A stretch of DNA of 61,551 bases, filler included, from Asterionella formosa (lineage: Eukaryota), in assembly GCA_002256025.1 (NCBI GenBank). It is 8 parts of 8 records of this genome, joined end to end, with 100 filler letters (N's around TTAATTAATTAA, not from the genome) between each part and the next. Parts side by side here need not be neighbours in the genome. Positions count along the whole stretch, not along the records: positions 7,730 to 15,355 come from NKIB01012417.1; positions 15,456 to 23,079 come from NKIB01012419.1; positions 23,180 to 30,788 come from NKIB01012420.1; 5 more parts are not named here. One strand, 5' to 3'. The position numbers and the translations under genes are program-made. The notes under the pieces are model-generated. The model was not told where the DNA came from, ran no database searches, and worked only from the letters and a program-made list of their open reading frames with translations. Below, one piece after another: positions 12,185-24,881 of the stretch. Each line of letters opens with the position of its first letter. Positions within the stretch are counted from its first letter, which is position 1.

Positions 12185-13074
12185 AAATGTTATTGTCATA
12201 TGATGTACCGGTACACATGAAGAGCTCCCAACCAAAAAAGGGGCTTAAACAATTTGCTACCAAAATCCTTGCGGTTATGACTTACACCAATTGAATGGTC
12301 TAAATAATTAGTTCCAACGGACGTAGAAAATATTGATGCAAACAAATTTCAGAAAAAATACCGGTACACGTAATTGTGGAAAACAATGCACATATAGTGC
12401 AATATTTTCGAATTATGTTTATGCCAATATGATCATCTCAACAATATCAAATGTTCCATATTGAGAATATCTTTGAAAATTAGAAATGTACAACACTTGA
12501 TATATTTATTTATGTACAAATTATAATGCTATATACATGGCAGATATATTTGAAATCGTTCTGTCATGTTAACAAACAATGCCTGCTTCATGAAAAGAAA
12601 CATCGTAGTAAAGCACATGACAAGAAAGGAAAGTTTACGCAATACATAACGAAAAACATTGTGGCTTCGACACATTGCGCATTCGAAGGATGGAGTATGT
12701 TTAAGCTAATGAAGCCATCAATGTCGTGGTACGTGGATGACAATCGTTGGGAGGCAGGACAACAACAAATTGTTAACTAAACGCAGCCACATTTCCTTTT
12801 TTCTCAGTTGATTCAACAGCTTGTTTCGCTTTTTGGGGAGCACCAATGTAAAACAAAACAAAATTGGTAAGTGCTCTTGTTGTTGGACCTATTCACTTCT
12901 GATGGAACATAACTGACAGACACGTTTACCTTCTCTCAAACTTAAGCTAACGAAAATGAATCGGTAAGTTTTACTCGATAACATTGGAAACCTGAAACGT
13001 ACTTATTCAAGAATTTACTGACTATTTACTGTTACAGACTAATGCATCCGTTGCATTGATTTGTGGTAAGTGAA
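12185..13074. repeat. Dispersed ~890-bp repeat (inverted copy at 54380-55305)
   Basis: Long colinear reverse-complement match, e.g. gaaaatgaatcggtaagtttta and gtggcttcgacacattgcgc are shared with contig 8. Confidence 0.9.
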
Positions 13075-13590
13075 AGTATCATCACCATGGCCGCCGCACT
13101 GCGAATCGAAGGTAGTCCAATGTCCAGTGGGTCATAACCAAGGAGGTCCTGTCCAAGCGTTGTAGCCAGTGTGCGAACTCTTTTTATCGTGGTCTCGGCT
13201 TTGAGTGTGTAAGTTTGTGTCCCTGACATGTAGGTGTTAATCGCCGAGGAGGCGTTGGTGCCTGCAATGTTCAGTATTTTGTTGACAATACAAGCCCCTT
13301 GGCGTACCGGGCACATGATGGGGTCCGAAGTGCGACTTAGGGTGATGGCTTCATCCTTTTCCCCATTCTTCTGATCGCGAAACGTGATGCAGATGATGTC
13401 GGCAAGATGATTGGTTGTGTGGTCATGGGTGATGTCAGTGCGGTCCTGAAAGAAGCGTAGATCCTGGACTCGCAGTAATTTGGTGCGGCGTTCTCCGGTG
13501 ATTGTCAGGTATTCGCAGGAGCGCATTGCGAAGAAAAAGGCTAGGATGGTGGCTAGAGGACCCAGGCAAGCATCAACCGGTGTAGCTTGG
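13075..13590 (-). pseudogene. Truncated tyrosine recombinase of a DIRS/Ngaro-type YR retroelement
   Basis: FFFAMRSCEY (catalytic Arg box), ITFRDQKNG (Lys), MCPVR, and IGLPSIRSAAAM (HxxR box with H>P). The GRW/Tyr box is missing because the 12185-13074 repeat replaces it. Confidence 0.85.
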
Positions 13591-13680
13591 TAAAAATACA
13601 ATTTTAACATAAAGTCAATTGTTAACGCCTGCTGGTGTTAGTGAAATAAATTTTTGTTTAACCCGAATAAATTAGGGAAA

Positions 13681-13772
13681 AAGTAGCATAATATTTCAAA
13701 AAGTAACATAATATTAAAGTAACATAATATTTTAGAAAAGTAACATAATATTTTAAAAAAGTAGCATAAATA
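13681..13772. repeat. Short degenerate tandem repeat (AAGTARCATAATATTT-like, ~5 copies)
   Basis: aagtagcata/aagtaacata units are visible at ~17-21-bp spacing. Confidence 0.75.
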
Positions 13773-13824
13773 CGTCACTTTAGACATAAATTCGAAAAAG
13801 TGCCGTAAACGGCGTCATAGATGT

Positions 13825-14150
13825 AAGAAATGCTTTGATGAGAGTGACATTGATCCCATTGTACATTGATCCCATTGTACTTTAAGTCTTCTGGGTTTGT
13901 GTGTTGGAAAAAATTTGGGTTTCTTGCATGCTCTTGAGGAATTGAAATAACTCCACCTGCTGCAGTATACTGAGGGTATTGCTCTTTCAACCATTGAATT
14001 ATTACCTTCAATCTGTTGCGGTGTTCCTGTTTTGTTTTCAGCTTTCGCCTGTTATCTTCTGTCTCTTGAATTTGACCCAAGTGCTCATCATGGACATAAA
14101 TATTGCCTCCTATTACTACAACAGGTTCATCTGTCCCTTTAGAACAAAAT
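13825..14150 (-). pseudogene. Probable N-terminal fragment of a Crypton-like tyrosine recombinase
   Basis: KTKQEHRNRLKVIIQWLKEQYPQY...EDLKYNGINV/TLIKAFL. A 16-bp tandem duplication (caatgggatcaatgt) shifts the frame. The family call is from recalled similarity to stramenopile Crypton N-termini, not from a search. Confidence 0.5.
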
Positions 14151-14558
14151 GCAGGATGTCTACAGCTTTGTTGTCAAAAGCACAAGTTTTGTGGTATGGT
14201 GATTGTGACTTTCCTTTTTGTATGAGAGATGAAGGAGTCAGAACAATAATTTACAGTGGCGACTATGCTATAGTACATAACACCCGTACATTCCTCTACC
14301 TCCTGCACGGTACCAGTAGGTCTATGGTAGTGCAATGTGGTGCAGCGACAACATGACGTCACGAAGTCATTTTGAAATATTATTGTTGCGCATGTGCACC
14401 TTTTCAATATTCATCTCCAACGTTGCATCTTGCACATCACCACACAGAAATGCAAATAAACAGCAAACTCACCAAATGTGATGATTGAAAGTGGTCACTG
14501 GTTCTTGCTATCGCTAACATGCAATTTCTTTTGTTTTACTAACCAATTTACTCTACAA

Positions 14559-15355
14559 TCAACCTTTGCTACATCCGCAGCCTTTGGAGAATTTTGAGTG
14601 GAGGAACTGGGGATGGAGACTGTGGAAAGTGTCTTTGTTGCTGTCGCAATGATTCAGGAAGCATGCGATGATCGGCTTGATGAATTTTACATCAAAGAGT
14701 CGCATCCTTTCAGTGACATCTGAGTGGAGGAGACGCTCCATTTTTCTTGCAAGATTCAAGATCAAGTCAAGCTTCTCATGAGAATTTTTCGTTTTTGCAA
14801 CCTCAAAAATCTCGTCTGATTCTATGGACCCACTTTTCCGGTTTTTCTTTGGTGCTGTGGGGATGGTAGCAGCATCCGTTATTCCAATTGCATAAACTGT
14901 GTTAGTAAAACCATTTTCCTTTGTTGAATCTTGATAACTCGTAGTGGCAGCAATAGCATTCATTCTTCATAACTCGTGCATGTACCACAATGTTGATCAG
15001 GCTGCGTAATTTTTCTGCACGAGGGGTAGCTAGCTTGTTCAAAAATAACTCGAGCTGTTCATTGGCATTCTGCGGCTGTACGTAGCTCATAGCAAGGGTA
15101 CATATGTGCGCAGGACTGAAGGAGCTTGGGTGTGACCTTGGGACATTCAATCGATCATGTACATACCTTGTAGAAAGCTCCGAAATTTCGCACTGAAAAA
15201 CCACCGATGGTAGGTTTAATACTAGTGTAGCTGTAGTCACCTTGACAAATATAGACTTGAATGTACGCACTTTGTTTAAATGATTGTTGTGTATGTGGGC
15301 AATTGCTAGCTCGGAATCCGCATCCTCAACATATAACATTGCAGTCTTGAGTGAC
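14559..15355 (-). pseudogene. Frameshifted ORF of unknown, probably transposon-derived protein (C-terminal part)
   Basis: Two overlapping same-strand ORFs (14902-15339 and 14559-14963) with protein-like composition, ending in a Cys/His-rich tail (CFLNHC...HPQFLHSKFSKGCGC). Cut by the contig edge. Confidence 0.4.
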
Positions 15356-15455
15356 NNNNNNNNNNNNNNNNNNNNNNNNNNNNNNNNNNNNNNNNNNNNT
15401 TAATTAATTAANNNNNNNNNNNNNNNNNNNNNNNNNNNNNNNNNNNNNNNNNNNN
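15356..15455. other. Artificial contig spacer
   Basis: N-run/TTAATTAATTAA/N-run. Confidence 0.98.
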
Positions 15456-15855
15456 AGTGAATCAACCATATTACTCACTTATTTGCAGCGACAATAGATG
15501 GATTCGATTCCGCAATCATTTCTATACCATAACATCGTCAATATTCACTTTCTTCTTTCAACAAAGTCAAATAAGACAAGTACATCTACCGTGCTTTTAT
15601 TTGTTTCTATTTCTCCGGTACTTAGGGCGTGGTACTTGGCGAATTGGTAAGGATTCTGGGATTCCCGAAAATGGACGTTTTTGCGGAAACGAGCATGACT
15701 TTATAATTATGCAATCTTTTTCAAAATAGAAGAAAGGTTTAGATCTTCCGAAGGGTCAGCTATCGATTCCGCACTTTAAATTCCCTTTTCGAAGAAAATG
15801 GAGGACACACGAATTTTTGCCCCAAGAGTGTGTTGAACCTGTCAGGTCAACTCTA

Positions 15856-16098
15856 CTCCCTCTGTTCAACTATAGTTGCAACAATTCTTTTCTAGGCCTC
15901 CTCGATCTACTTTTGTACTTTGTCGGAGAATAGTCAACATACTGTACTTCATATGTTTGCTGGCATTATAGATGGGCTGATACTGTTTGTTACCAGCCAG
16001 TATATAATTTTGGAACAACGTTTGGCATCATGCTGGAATCGAATATCCATTAGGAATCGATTTTCCTTTTCGAGTTCATGACCCACATACATAGGGAG
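15856..16098. mobile_element. Stowaway-like MITE abutting the mariner element
   Basis: TA|CTCCCTCTGTTC...AGTTGCAAC at the left and a degenerate ACATAGGGAG|TA at the right. It shares the TA at 16099-16100 with the next element. Confidence 0.55.
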
Positions 16099-16100
16099 TA

Positions 16101-17361
16101 CTCCCTCTGTTCCGGTACAGTTGCAACACTCTCAGCAACTAACCCGGCTAAATCCATGTCCTTCAAAGAAGCCCTCTGTAGAAGCAATGTGCAATTTCTA
16201 CGCAAGACGATGCAGGCTACGGGTACTACGTTGGTTAGATTAGTATATTGAGGCAAGCATAACACTAAATAGCAATCCATGTGCTTTGTTTAGGGCTATT
16301 GAATTTACTTAAATTTCGCTAGCCAGCATAGCTGTTTTGCTCTACATGGAGTGGTATGCAATATTCAAGATTGGCTTACTTGTATCTCGGTCTCACAACA
16401 GCACTTATTAACATGACTTTTTGAATATGAGACTTGTGACTAAAACATTCCTTTCTGGTGGCACCTCATCTTAAGAGCTAAATATATGAGAAGCCTTTGA
16501 TGCAAAGAACCATTTTGTATATATGGATATCATGATAGAAGTGATCAAAGAAACCAAACTTACTGGGATCAAACAGTTCATGATTCATTTGAACAGGGTG
16601 GTTTAATTGCAAATGATTAATAGCATAAAACACAAGATTCACAGCATTGTTGGGTGTTAGCAATGGTTTGATTGCATTAGTGTGAGGCTGTATCACTTCT
16701 ATCTTGGTTGAACAGGTGTAAAAAAAGAGAGTAGTGACTGGGAGTCCAAGCTTCTTCCCTAATGTGCAGTAAGCTCATTGCTGATGGTGAGGAATCAACT
16801 TGACAGCTGCTATAATATCATCAGGAGAATATTTAATATCTCCACCACTCTTATACTTCCGGGACAGAGCCTTGTATGATTCACTATCCCATTCGTGAAC
16901 AATTCGAGCGCACGCTTCCAGATGCGATAAATTGTGATTCTACTGACGTCGAATTTTCTAGCCAACTGGAGGTGAACATCCGGATTTACTATGAGCCAGT
17001 CGTCAATTTCGTTGCCTCCGATCTCGTCCCTTTTGAGGCTTCGAAGCAAACAATCGATGATGTAGTGTCGCTGTTCTGGTGTCAAATCCTTCTTTTTATG
17101 CCTATTGACTAATAACGAAGGGTCAACGAAAAAGGGGGGTGGTCCCGAGCAAACATTCCAATTGGGGTGCGATTCTACGAAAACTGCGCCAAAAGAACCC
17201 GAAGTCAGGTTCACCTAATTGTAGACTATTTAGATAATGCTCGGAATAATTTTTGCTACCAGTACTGGACGGAGAATTTTTGGAGGTTGCCCTTCATATG
17301 AGGCAGTGAACTAAAGCTTGGTTGCAACGTTGCAACTACGTATATACCGGAACAGAGGGAG
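16101..17361 (-). mobile_element. Defective plant-type (DD39D, Stowaway-related) Tc1/mariner transposon
   Basis: Perfect 17-bp TIRs CTCCCTCTGTTCCGGTA with TA duplication on both sides. The minus strand carries transposase relics: LTPEQRHYI..LARKFDVSRITIYRIWKRA (HTH), HTNAIKPLLT, FYHDIHI.KKWF and KSHIQKVM..AVVRPRY. Multiple stops and frameshifts; catalytic core partly deleted. Confidence 0.9.
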
Positions 17362-17517
17362 TACCAGGCATCATAGCTACCGGTACTTTTCCCCATGATA
17401 GCGTCTAAGATTTTTTTGAATGTGATTTGCTGCGTTTGTTGAACTGACAACACATCCTAAATCTTAGCACACGACATATTTAGTTCCAGGGTACCCTTCC
17501 TTGCTCTCAACAAGATC

Positions 17518-19732
17518 ATGTCAGGATACGACTTCGCAACAATTGGTGGGCCGCCAGACCCAATCTCCCTTTTGCGACAGCTCACTGTTTCCGACTCGAG
17601 TATCCCGGTAGAACCGGCAAATGGAATTGACGATGGAGGGAAGCATCAAGAGCCTCCTGCTCGTTGCCGTCCGGAGGTACGCAATTACACTGGCATCCGT
17701 TTGGACACTTTCCCGCGCTAACACATTTGTCAGAATGGACTTTGGCCACATCGCGACATGTTGTCCTTTACTCGATCCTTGATTTTCTATGGTGCTGGCA
17801 CTGTGACAGACGAAAATGTACAGGCGTGCCAGCATATTCAAGAAGCAAGAGCCATGAGACAGAAATATTTTGGTAGAAAAGGGATGTCAGCCGGCATGGA
17901 CATTCTCAAACAGAATCATGGACTGACTTTTGCCTTTGGAACAAATGGTGTTGTGGAGATTTTTCATCAAAGCGGGCCCTATACTACCAAAAATCTATGT
18001 CCAGTTCCCAGTATTGATGAATTTCACAAAGATTACAAGCGCTTTGTACATATGCTGAATGACGGCGCCATGAGATCGTTTTGTTTCCAGCGGCTACAGT
18101 TGTTATCAAGTGCATTCAAAATGCATGTCACGGCTAATGGAGCAATGGAAAGTCAAGAGCAAAGTCAGCTGCTTGGAACCGATTTTTACCGGACCATGAA
18201 GGTCGACAATCATATTCATGCCGCTGCCGCTCCGAGTGTGAAGCATTTTGTTAACTTTGTAAGGAACAAGTTGGAGAATGAAGGAGATGTCGTGGTGTCA
18301 GAAAATGGAAAAACTCTCGTGGAGATATTCAGTGATGCTGGTATGGATTCTGATCATCTGACTATAGATGCATTTAATGTATTGGCTGATTACTCGGTCT
18401 ATCAACGATTTGACAACTTCAACACAAAGTACAGTCCCTTTCGAATGGCTGATATGCGAAGAATCTTTCTGAAGACTACCAATCACATGGATGGCAAGTA
18501 TTTTGCTGAACTCCTTAAGGGCGTCTTTGCTCGCCACGAATCATCGAAAGGACATAAATCCGCGGTTGAGATGAGATTAAGTATTTACGGTATGGAACGT
18601 CACGAGTGGTTGGACCTGGCAAAGTGGATGTTGCGTGATTGGGACGGGGACTACCCGGGTCCAGTTCTATCGTCTCATAATCGATGGTTGATCCAAATAC
18701 CTCGACTTTGGCGTATCTACCGAGGCAAGGCGTCAGACCGGTCATTTCAAGAAATGATGGATAATCTATTTGTTCCCATTTTTGAGGCCACAATGTGTCC
18801 ACAAGAACATCCTGAGGTGGCTGAATTATTGAAGAACATTGTTGGCTTTGATTCTGTTGATGACGAAGGAGCACACGAAGAAAACTGTAGCAATGAGCGT
18901 CCTACCAAATGGACGCAAGAAAGCAATCCGGCTTACTGGTGGCAGCTCTATTATATTTGGGCGAATTTGGAAGTCTTGAACCAGCTACGAATTGCAAAGG
19001 GCTTGAACCCCTTGGCGTTCAGGCCTCATGCTGGTGAGACGGGAGACCCAATGCATCTCGCGGCCACTTATCTACTTTGCCCATCTATCAATCACGGCAT
19101 TAATTTGCACAGTCAGGTTTCTCTTCAATATCTATACTATCTGGATCAGGTTAGTTGAAACATTTATTGTTTTCACCATGTTTCAACTTTTAATTCTGAC
19201 TTTTTCTCCTTAGGTTGGTCTTTCTTTGTCTCCCTTGTCAAATAATTTTCTCTTCCGAAAGATTGCTACGAACCCATTTCCAAAATTCTTTCGCCGTGGC
19301 CTAAATGTTACCCTTTCCACGGATGATCCCCTCCTTTTTCACATGTCTGATGATGCCTTGCTGGAAGAATATGCCGTAGCTAGAGCGTCGTTTGATCTAT
19401 CCATGACGGATGTTGCTGAAATCGCCAGAAACTCTATCCTTCAATGCGGTTTCGAAGATTCGCTGAAGAAGGAATGGCTCGGTGAAGAATACGCTCGAGG
19501 GGTTACGTTTTGCGATGAGAGAAAGACACATGTTCCATTGATTCGTGCTAAATATAGAGCAGAGCATCTTGCCATCGAACACATGTTAGTGCACCTGATC
19601 GGGGCTGGAAAGGGAGATGCTGTTCTTGACGAAATGAAGGTTCAGTTTGGCTTGGCTCGCGACGCTCATCGAAATGTCTTGTTTGACAATATTGAGGATG
19701 TACCCTCCTTCCCAGAACAAGGGCAGCTCTAG
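17518..19732 (+). CDS. AMPD: AMP deaminase; exons 17518-17676, 17734-19149, 19214-19732
   Basis: KVDNHIHAAA (Zn ligands), GFDSVDDE, FRPHAGE, INHGINL, SPLSNNFLF and LSTDDPL. Two GT-AG introns (57 and 64 nt) keep the frame. Confidence 0.95.
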
Positions 19733-19908
19733 CGTAAAAAACGATAAAATTGTTACCGGTAGCATTGGTCAATCACAAGAGTACCATGCGCTTATGATGG
19801 CAGGAGAGTACCGGTACTTGAGTATGGTTCACTTAAGGGTATAACAACCTTTTACATTTTGGTGCCTTTGTTGGGCTTATTATTTTTTTCTACGTTCTTA
19901 CTGAAGCC

Positions 19909-22671
19909 CTAGCTATGAAGTGAACTCGCTGGGGCGATAGGGCGTCCTTTTTGCTGTCCTGCTATTAGTTGAATCAAAATTTCTTTCGAATATTTTATTC
20001 GCTTCGCCACTTCAGGATTGGTGCCCACGAGTTCGTCGGTGAGGAAGTAAGTTGCCCGATTTCGGTACTTGTCGACATAAGTGACAAAGCGTTCGTCGGG
20101 AGTTAACAAAATTTCGGTCTGATCGTAGAAGACAATTTGAACAGTGTTGTTGCTGAGACGGAAAAGAACGGCGTGTTTGGTTCGCACCCACTTCTTCAGG
20201 TACACCATCGGAACTCCTTCCGTACGAACATTTACGCTATCAAAGACAGAGTCCACGTCGTCAGCTACGGCCTTCTTTTGTTGCTCAATTAGATAATTGC
20301 GAAAATGTTTAAGAAGCGTAACCTTCTTCTCAAGGCTTTCAGGATAGGTGTTGAGCGTATATTTTTCGCTGGTTGGATCGTTGCGACGTGTACTTGGTTC
20401 TTTGTAATCAACTTTTCGTCTCTCAATGAACTCAAAGCCGTCTCCCTCTGGTTCGAGAACAGTCTTTGTAGAGTCGTTGAAATAAACACCGGAGCAGCCA
20501 TTGTTTAGCAAAAACCCAAGTCCGTATTTACTGGTATAATCAACGTATCTTGTTACCCAAATTCCCGGGCCACCTCGAGACGTCGCTCGGGGTGCGCGTC
20601 CGCGATAGCTGTTTTTTCGTAAGTCGGTCACATCCAGCACTGAAGAGAGTCGTTCTAACATTTGATACAGGATCGCTGAGTCATGATCATTCGAGCGAGG
20701 ACTCGATTGGGCTTCGCTACTCGCTTTGGGTTCTGACATCGACAAGGCATCGGCTTTAGAAATGATGCCATCCATACCACTAGGAGTGGCAATTTGAGGT
20801 GATTTCAAATGATGATGTTTTACCTTCTCAGTTTCATCAAAAATCTCAAAAGCTGGAAGAACGCTTGATTTTCCATGCACTGACGACAACATTGTCTTTG
20901 ACATGTGTCGAGCTAGCAATGCACCCCTTTCACTGGCAGCGTACTCTGCTTTACATTTGCCCGCTTCAGGCTCGGCGTTAAGGTCTTTGATACTGAAGGG
21001 GAAACATTTTCTTGTTGACGATGGGCGAGGCAGGGCAGAATGAGAGCTCGTGCGATAAAGTGTGTCGTCTTGGTCTGTCGTGCTCTCTACAACTTTGACT
21101 TTACCATCCTCATCACGTGTCCATTCTGGTTCCATATGCAGTACTCGCAACGGAAGAAAAGTCGGGACCATCGCACTTTCAGAAGTGAAGAATTGATGTT
21201 TCCTGATCTCCAACAGAGTTGGTCTGGGTATAGGAAGATATGCAATTAGGAATGGACTTGTGAAGGGGTATCAGCATATGAAAGAAAACTTACCGATCTT
21301 CTGGCTTCGATTGAAGCATGAGAGATATTAGGTCCTTGGCATCACCACTGACATCGATATGACTCGGGAAGCTGTACTGGTTGGCAATGATACGCTGATA
21401 GGTTGCCTTCACATCCTTCGCTTCGTACGGCGGCTTTCCCACTATAATAGTATAAAGAATCACTCCCATTGACCAAATGTCCACTTCAAATGAGTGCCCA
21501 CGAGTCTCCTTTGTCCCCAGGATGACTTCTGGAGCAATGTAATTCGGCGTACCACAAATTGTCTGTCTTTTCTCTTCAACAGACTCTAGTTTTGTTGCAA
21601 GCCCCAAATCTCCAACTTTGATAACAAGGTCTTTGTTCAGGAAAAGATTTCCTAGCTTCAAGTCACGATGAATGACGCAATGTCCGTGCATGTATTCCAC
21701 AGCATCGACCATCTGAAGTAAGTAGTAAGCAGCTTCTGGTTCTGTTAGCCGTTTTCTTCGCTTAATCATTTCATTCATACTCTGATTGTGGCAGAGTTCT
21801 AGCAAGATGTAGCAGTTGATTTTATCTTCAAAGAAATGCTTGTATTCACAGATATACTTATGCTTTAGAATACGATGAATCTTGATCTCTGTTTGGAGCT
21901 GTAGAATGAGGTGTATGAGTGCGAATGCTGTGCAGAAAAACTAAAAAATAATGTGTAGGGCGGATGTGTTTTTCAATTTGGAAAAAGCAACCTTACCTTT
22001 TGTCGAGCTCTTGTCTTCACGAGGTTGGCTTTTGGAACAACCTTCACAGCATAGTTTTTGTTCGTCTCCAAAGCAGTGCACAGGTATACCTTAGCAAATC
22101 CTCCTTTTCCGAGTAAACGACCACGAAGATAACGATGAACAGTATAACCGTCTCCATTGATCTTTCTTCGTTTTTCCTCGATCACAATGTTTTCGTCTGT
22201 TTCAATCTGTGAAGCATTGGAGGACATACCGGATGAAGTCAGAACTGAACCTGCTAGCGGTGGTGTAGAAGAAACGAGGCCAGCGGATAGGGAACGTTGC
22301 AAATGAGGAGGAAGAAGTGGCGTTCCTTTTAAACCTGCCCCAGTGTGTGTAATCAAGCTTGAATCTCCATTGTCCGACCCTACCTCCGCTGGATATGATA
22401 GTGAGTTGGTATTAGAAGAACTCGAATTATTTATGCGAGCTTTGTTGTTTTCATTGTTGCTGGATTCCAACGTTGACAAACGAGTGGCAGCATTTTCTTT
22501 GTGTAATGATCCCTCTGATGAGCCAGATAAGGACTGCGGTACCGTGTTTGGGTTTCTGGCTTGAAACGGTTTCCTCGACGATGCAGAGTTCCTGAACGCC
22601 ATCCTTGATGGTTGGCAATGCTCGTTGTTTCCTGCAACACCGTTCAATCCAATCTTCTGGATATCGATCAT
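19909..22671 (-). CDS. PLK1: Polo-like kinase; exons 22671-21997, 21898-21294, 21223-19909
   Basis: Kinase motifs LGKGGFAKVY, AVK, HRDLKLGN, GDLGLA and ICGTPNYIAPE. C-terminal Polo boxes WVTRYVDYTSKYGLG and YLKKWVRTKHAVLFRLSN. GT-AG introns at 21899-21996 and 21224-21293. Confidence 0.95.
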
Positions 22672-23079
22672 TCGAGGCGCGACGGAAAAAGCGATCGATT
22701 CGAATCAGAGCCAGCACAGCGCTAATCGATGTCAATTGCTCGACTAGAAACGCAGACTCAGACTCAGACTCAGACTCTGCTCACTTGTTTTGTTCAATTC
22801 GATGAAGCAACAAATGAAATTGATTGTGGCGGGTATATGTATATATATATATGAACACAAAGGAAGTGAAGAAGAGGTGGCAACGAAGTATCGTTTACGA
22901 AGATAAGCCTTCACTTAAAAAAGCGTGGCAAGTAGAGTTGCGCTATGTTGACAAGCGTGCGAGCAACACAAACATCGAAAACGTCGTTTGAATTTGAGTT
23001 CAGAAGCGAGACCACCAACGGTGGACGCGAGCCAACGGCATTGCATCCTTGATTAAGTAATCAAAACAGCTAAACTTTT

Positions 23080-23179
23080 NNNNNNNNNNNNNNNNNNNNN
23101 NNNNNNNNNNNNNNNNNNNNNNNTTAATTAATTAANNNNNNNNNNNNNNNNNNNNNNNNNNNNNNNNNNNNNNNNNNNN
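23080..23179. other. Artificial contig spacer
   Basis: N-run/TTAATTAATTAA/N-run. Confidence 0.98.
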
Positions 23180-23789
23180 GATACAATGCAGTCTCTTGCT
23201 ACAGATACTGAAGTCGATCGATTTGTTGACTCCCTCATACTTCCTGATGACTTTGTGCTTGATAGTGAAAGGACAAAGGTGATTTTCATCAAAGGTGTTG
23301 CAATGAAGCAGATCTCGGTCAAGGTTTCAGTCCAATGTTGATCCACTTGTTCGTCATTGTGCACTGACAATGATGACATGGTGCTGATTGCTTGTAAACT
23401 TGAAAGGGGATGATGGCAAGCGGAAGTGTAAGAAGAAGTGTATAGAGGATCTTGCATGTCTGTGTTGACTCATGGCAAATCAAGAATTAAGCAGGTATGT
23501 CAGCTATATATTCCATACTGCTACATAATACGCGTAGTTTTCCTACATGGTTTTAGTAATGGAAAATTATCGAAATAGTCTGGAGGGAAGCCTGGAGGGA
23601 AGCCTGGAGGGATATGCACATGATTGTAGCCAGCCCGTAACCGTTGAATTTTCGTGATACTTTTTGGGTGATACAATTTCATTTTTATTTTTGTGGAGAA
23701 TGGATTTTTTCGGTTTAAATCGAGTAGCCGTTACATGATACTTTTTCAAAAAAAATGATACCTAATCGAAAATGATAAGAACGACCCTA

Positions 23790-24345
23790 ATACATGTGGT
23801 TCAAGTATGGCTGGCGTAATTTTACAAGACCGGGATACTTCGGCCGATCTGGAGCAGGTGAGTAAATTCAATTCAACCAATCAGAATATGTGTGGTGACG
23901 CGGGAACTCACCCTGGAGTCTTTTCGGACTGAGAATTATTCAGCAAAACATACCTACGCAAGACTCTAAGTCTACGAGGACGTTTTTGCACGTTCTAATT
24001 CCGATTCCAATATTTTGGCGACTGTTGAAAAAGCCGATCGGGTCGACTTTTTGGAAGAGGATTGCTCTACATCTACGGTGTTTCATGACGATGAAAATAT
24101 ATTGCCGTGTACCCTACAACGTCAGGAGTTAACTTCTGGAGAGAAGTGGCAGTCATGTATCGTAGATTTTTTCAAAGCTTCGCAACCCCTTCTATGAGTA
24201 GTTTTGCAGTAGTTACGAATCTCTGATACATAACTGCCGCTCCTCTCCAGAAATGGGGTCCTTACCATATCTGTGTAAAGATCATACCCCTAAGTCGAGC
24301 AATGACAGTATTTAAGCATATGCAAAATGATCGTCATGGTGAAAA
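23790..24345. repeat. Diverged relative of the internal part of the 2556-3769 element
   Basis: ttttggcgactgttgaaaaagccgat..gtcgac matches the reverse complement of ~2980-3030. atacccctaagtcgagcaatgac..taagcatatg..atggtgaaa matches 59780-59850. Confidence 0.65.
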
Positions 24346-24881
24346 GTAATTTTATCTTTAACTATTATATTTACTTGTATGTGATGTGTGGATTGAAATA
24401 CATCATAAAAATATTTTGGGAAAAAAGGACCTCGCAATGTGTAACTGCGGGGCAGTATACCGGTTCGCCATGATATATATGCACACGCTACCCTGGTACT
24501 GCAGTACCTGGTACCGGGCACAGTGTATGGTTCATATTTGCTTACCGGGGTAGAGGATACCGATATACAGTTTTAAATTCGACCGGACCTATTTTATGCA
24601 TATATAAAAATATATACCGGTACATCGAAACTAAAGCCCAAAAAACGGCTTACGGTAGTGTACCAGGTAGCATCAAGAAGTACCGGTAAGTACCCGTATA
24701 TTTGTTGTATGTCATCGCGGATTGGTATGTAGTAAACTGCATGGCATCATGATCGGTGTTCGAGACGTAGAGGAAACAGTTCTACCTTGTAGTGGTTGGA
24801 TGTATGAGCTAAAAATTGATTAGTAAGTCTTATCCAAGAGCTTTACTATGACAACCTCATCTAGCAGCTCACTTAGCTGTG

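Noticed and set aside
13075..15355. Intact recombinase-based or RNA-guided (Fanzor/TnpB) system
   Set aside because: The YR lacks its catalytic His and Tyr; no RuvC or zinc-finger motifs of TnpB/Fanzor were seen.
17518..22671. Functional AMPD-PLK cluster
   Set aside because: Ordinary convergent neighbours in a compact genome; no evidence of coupling.
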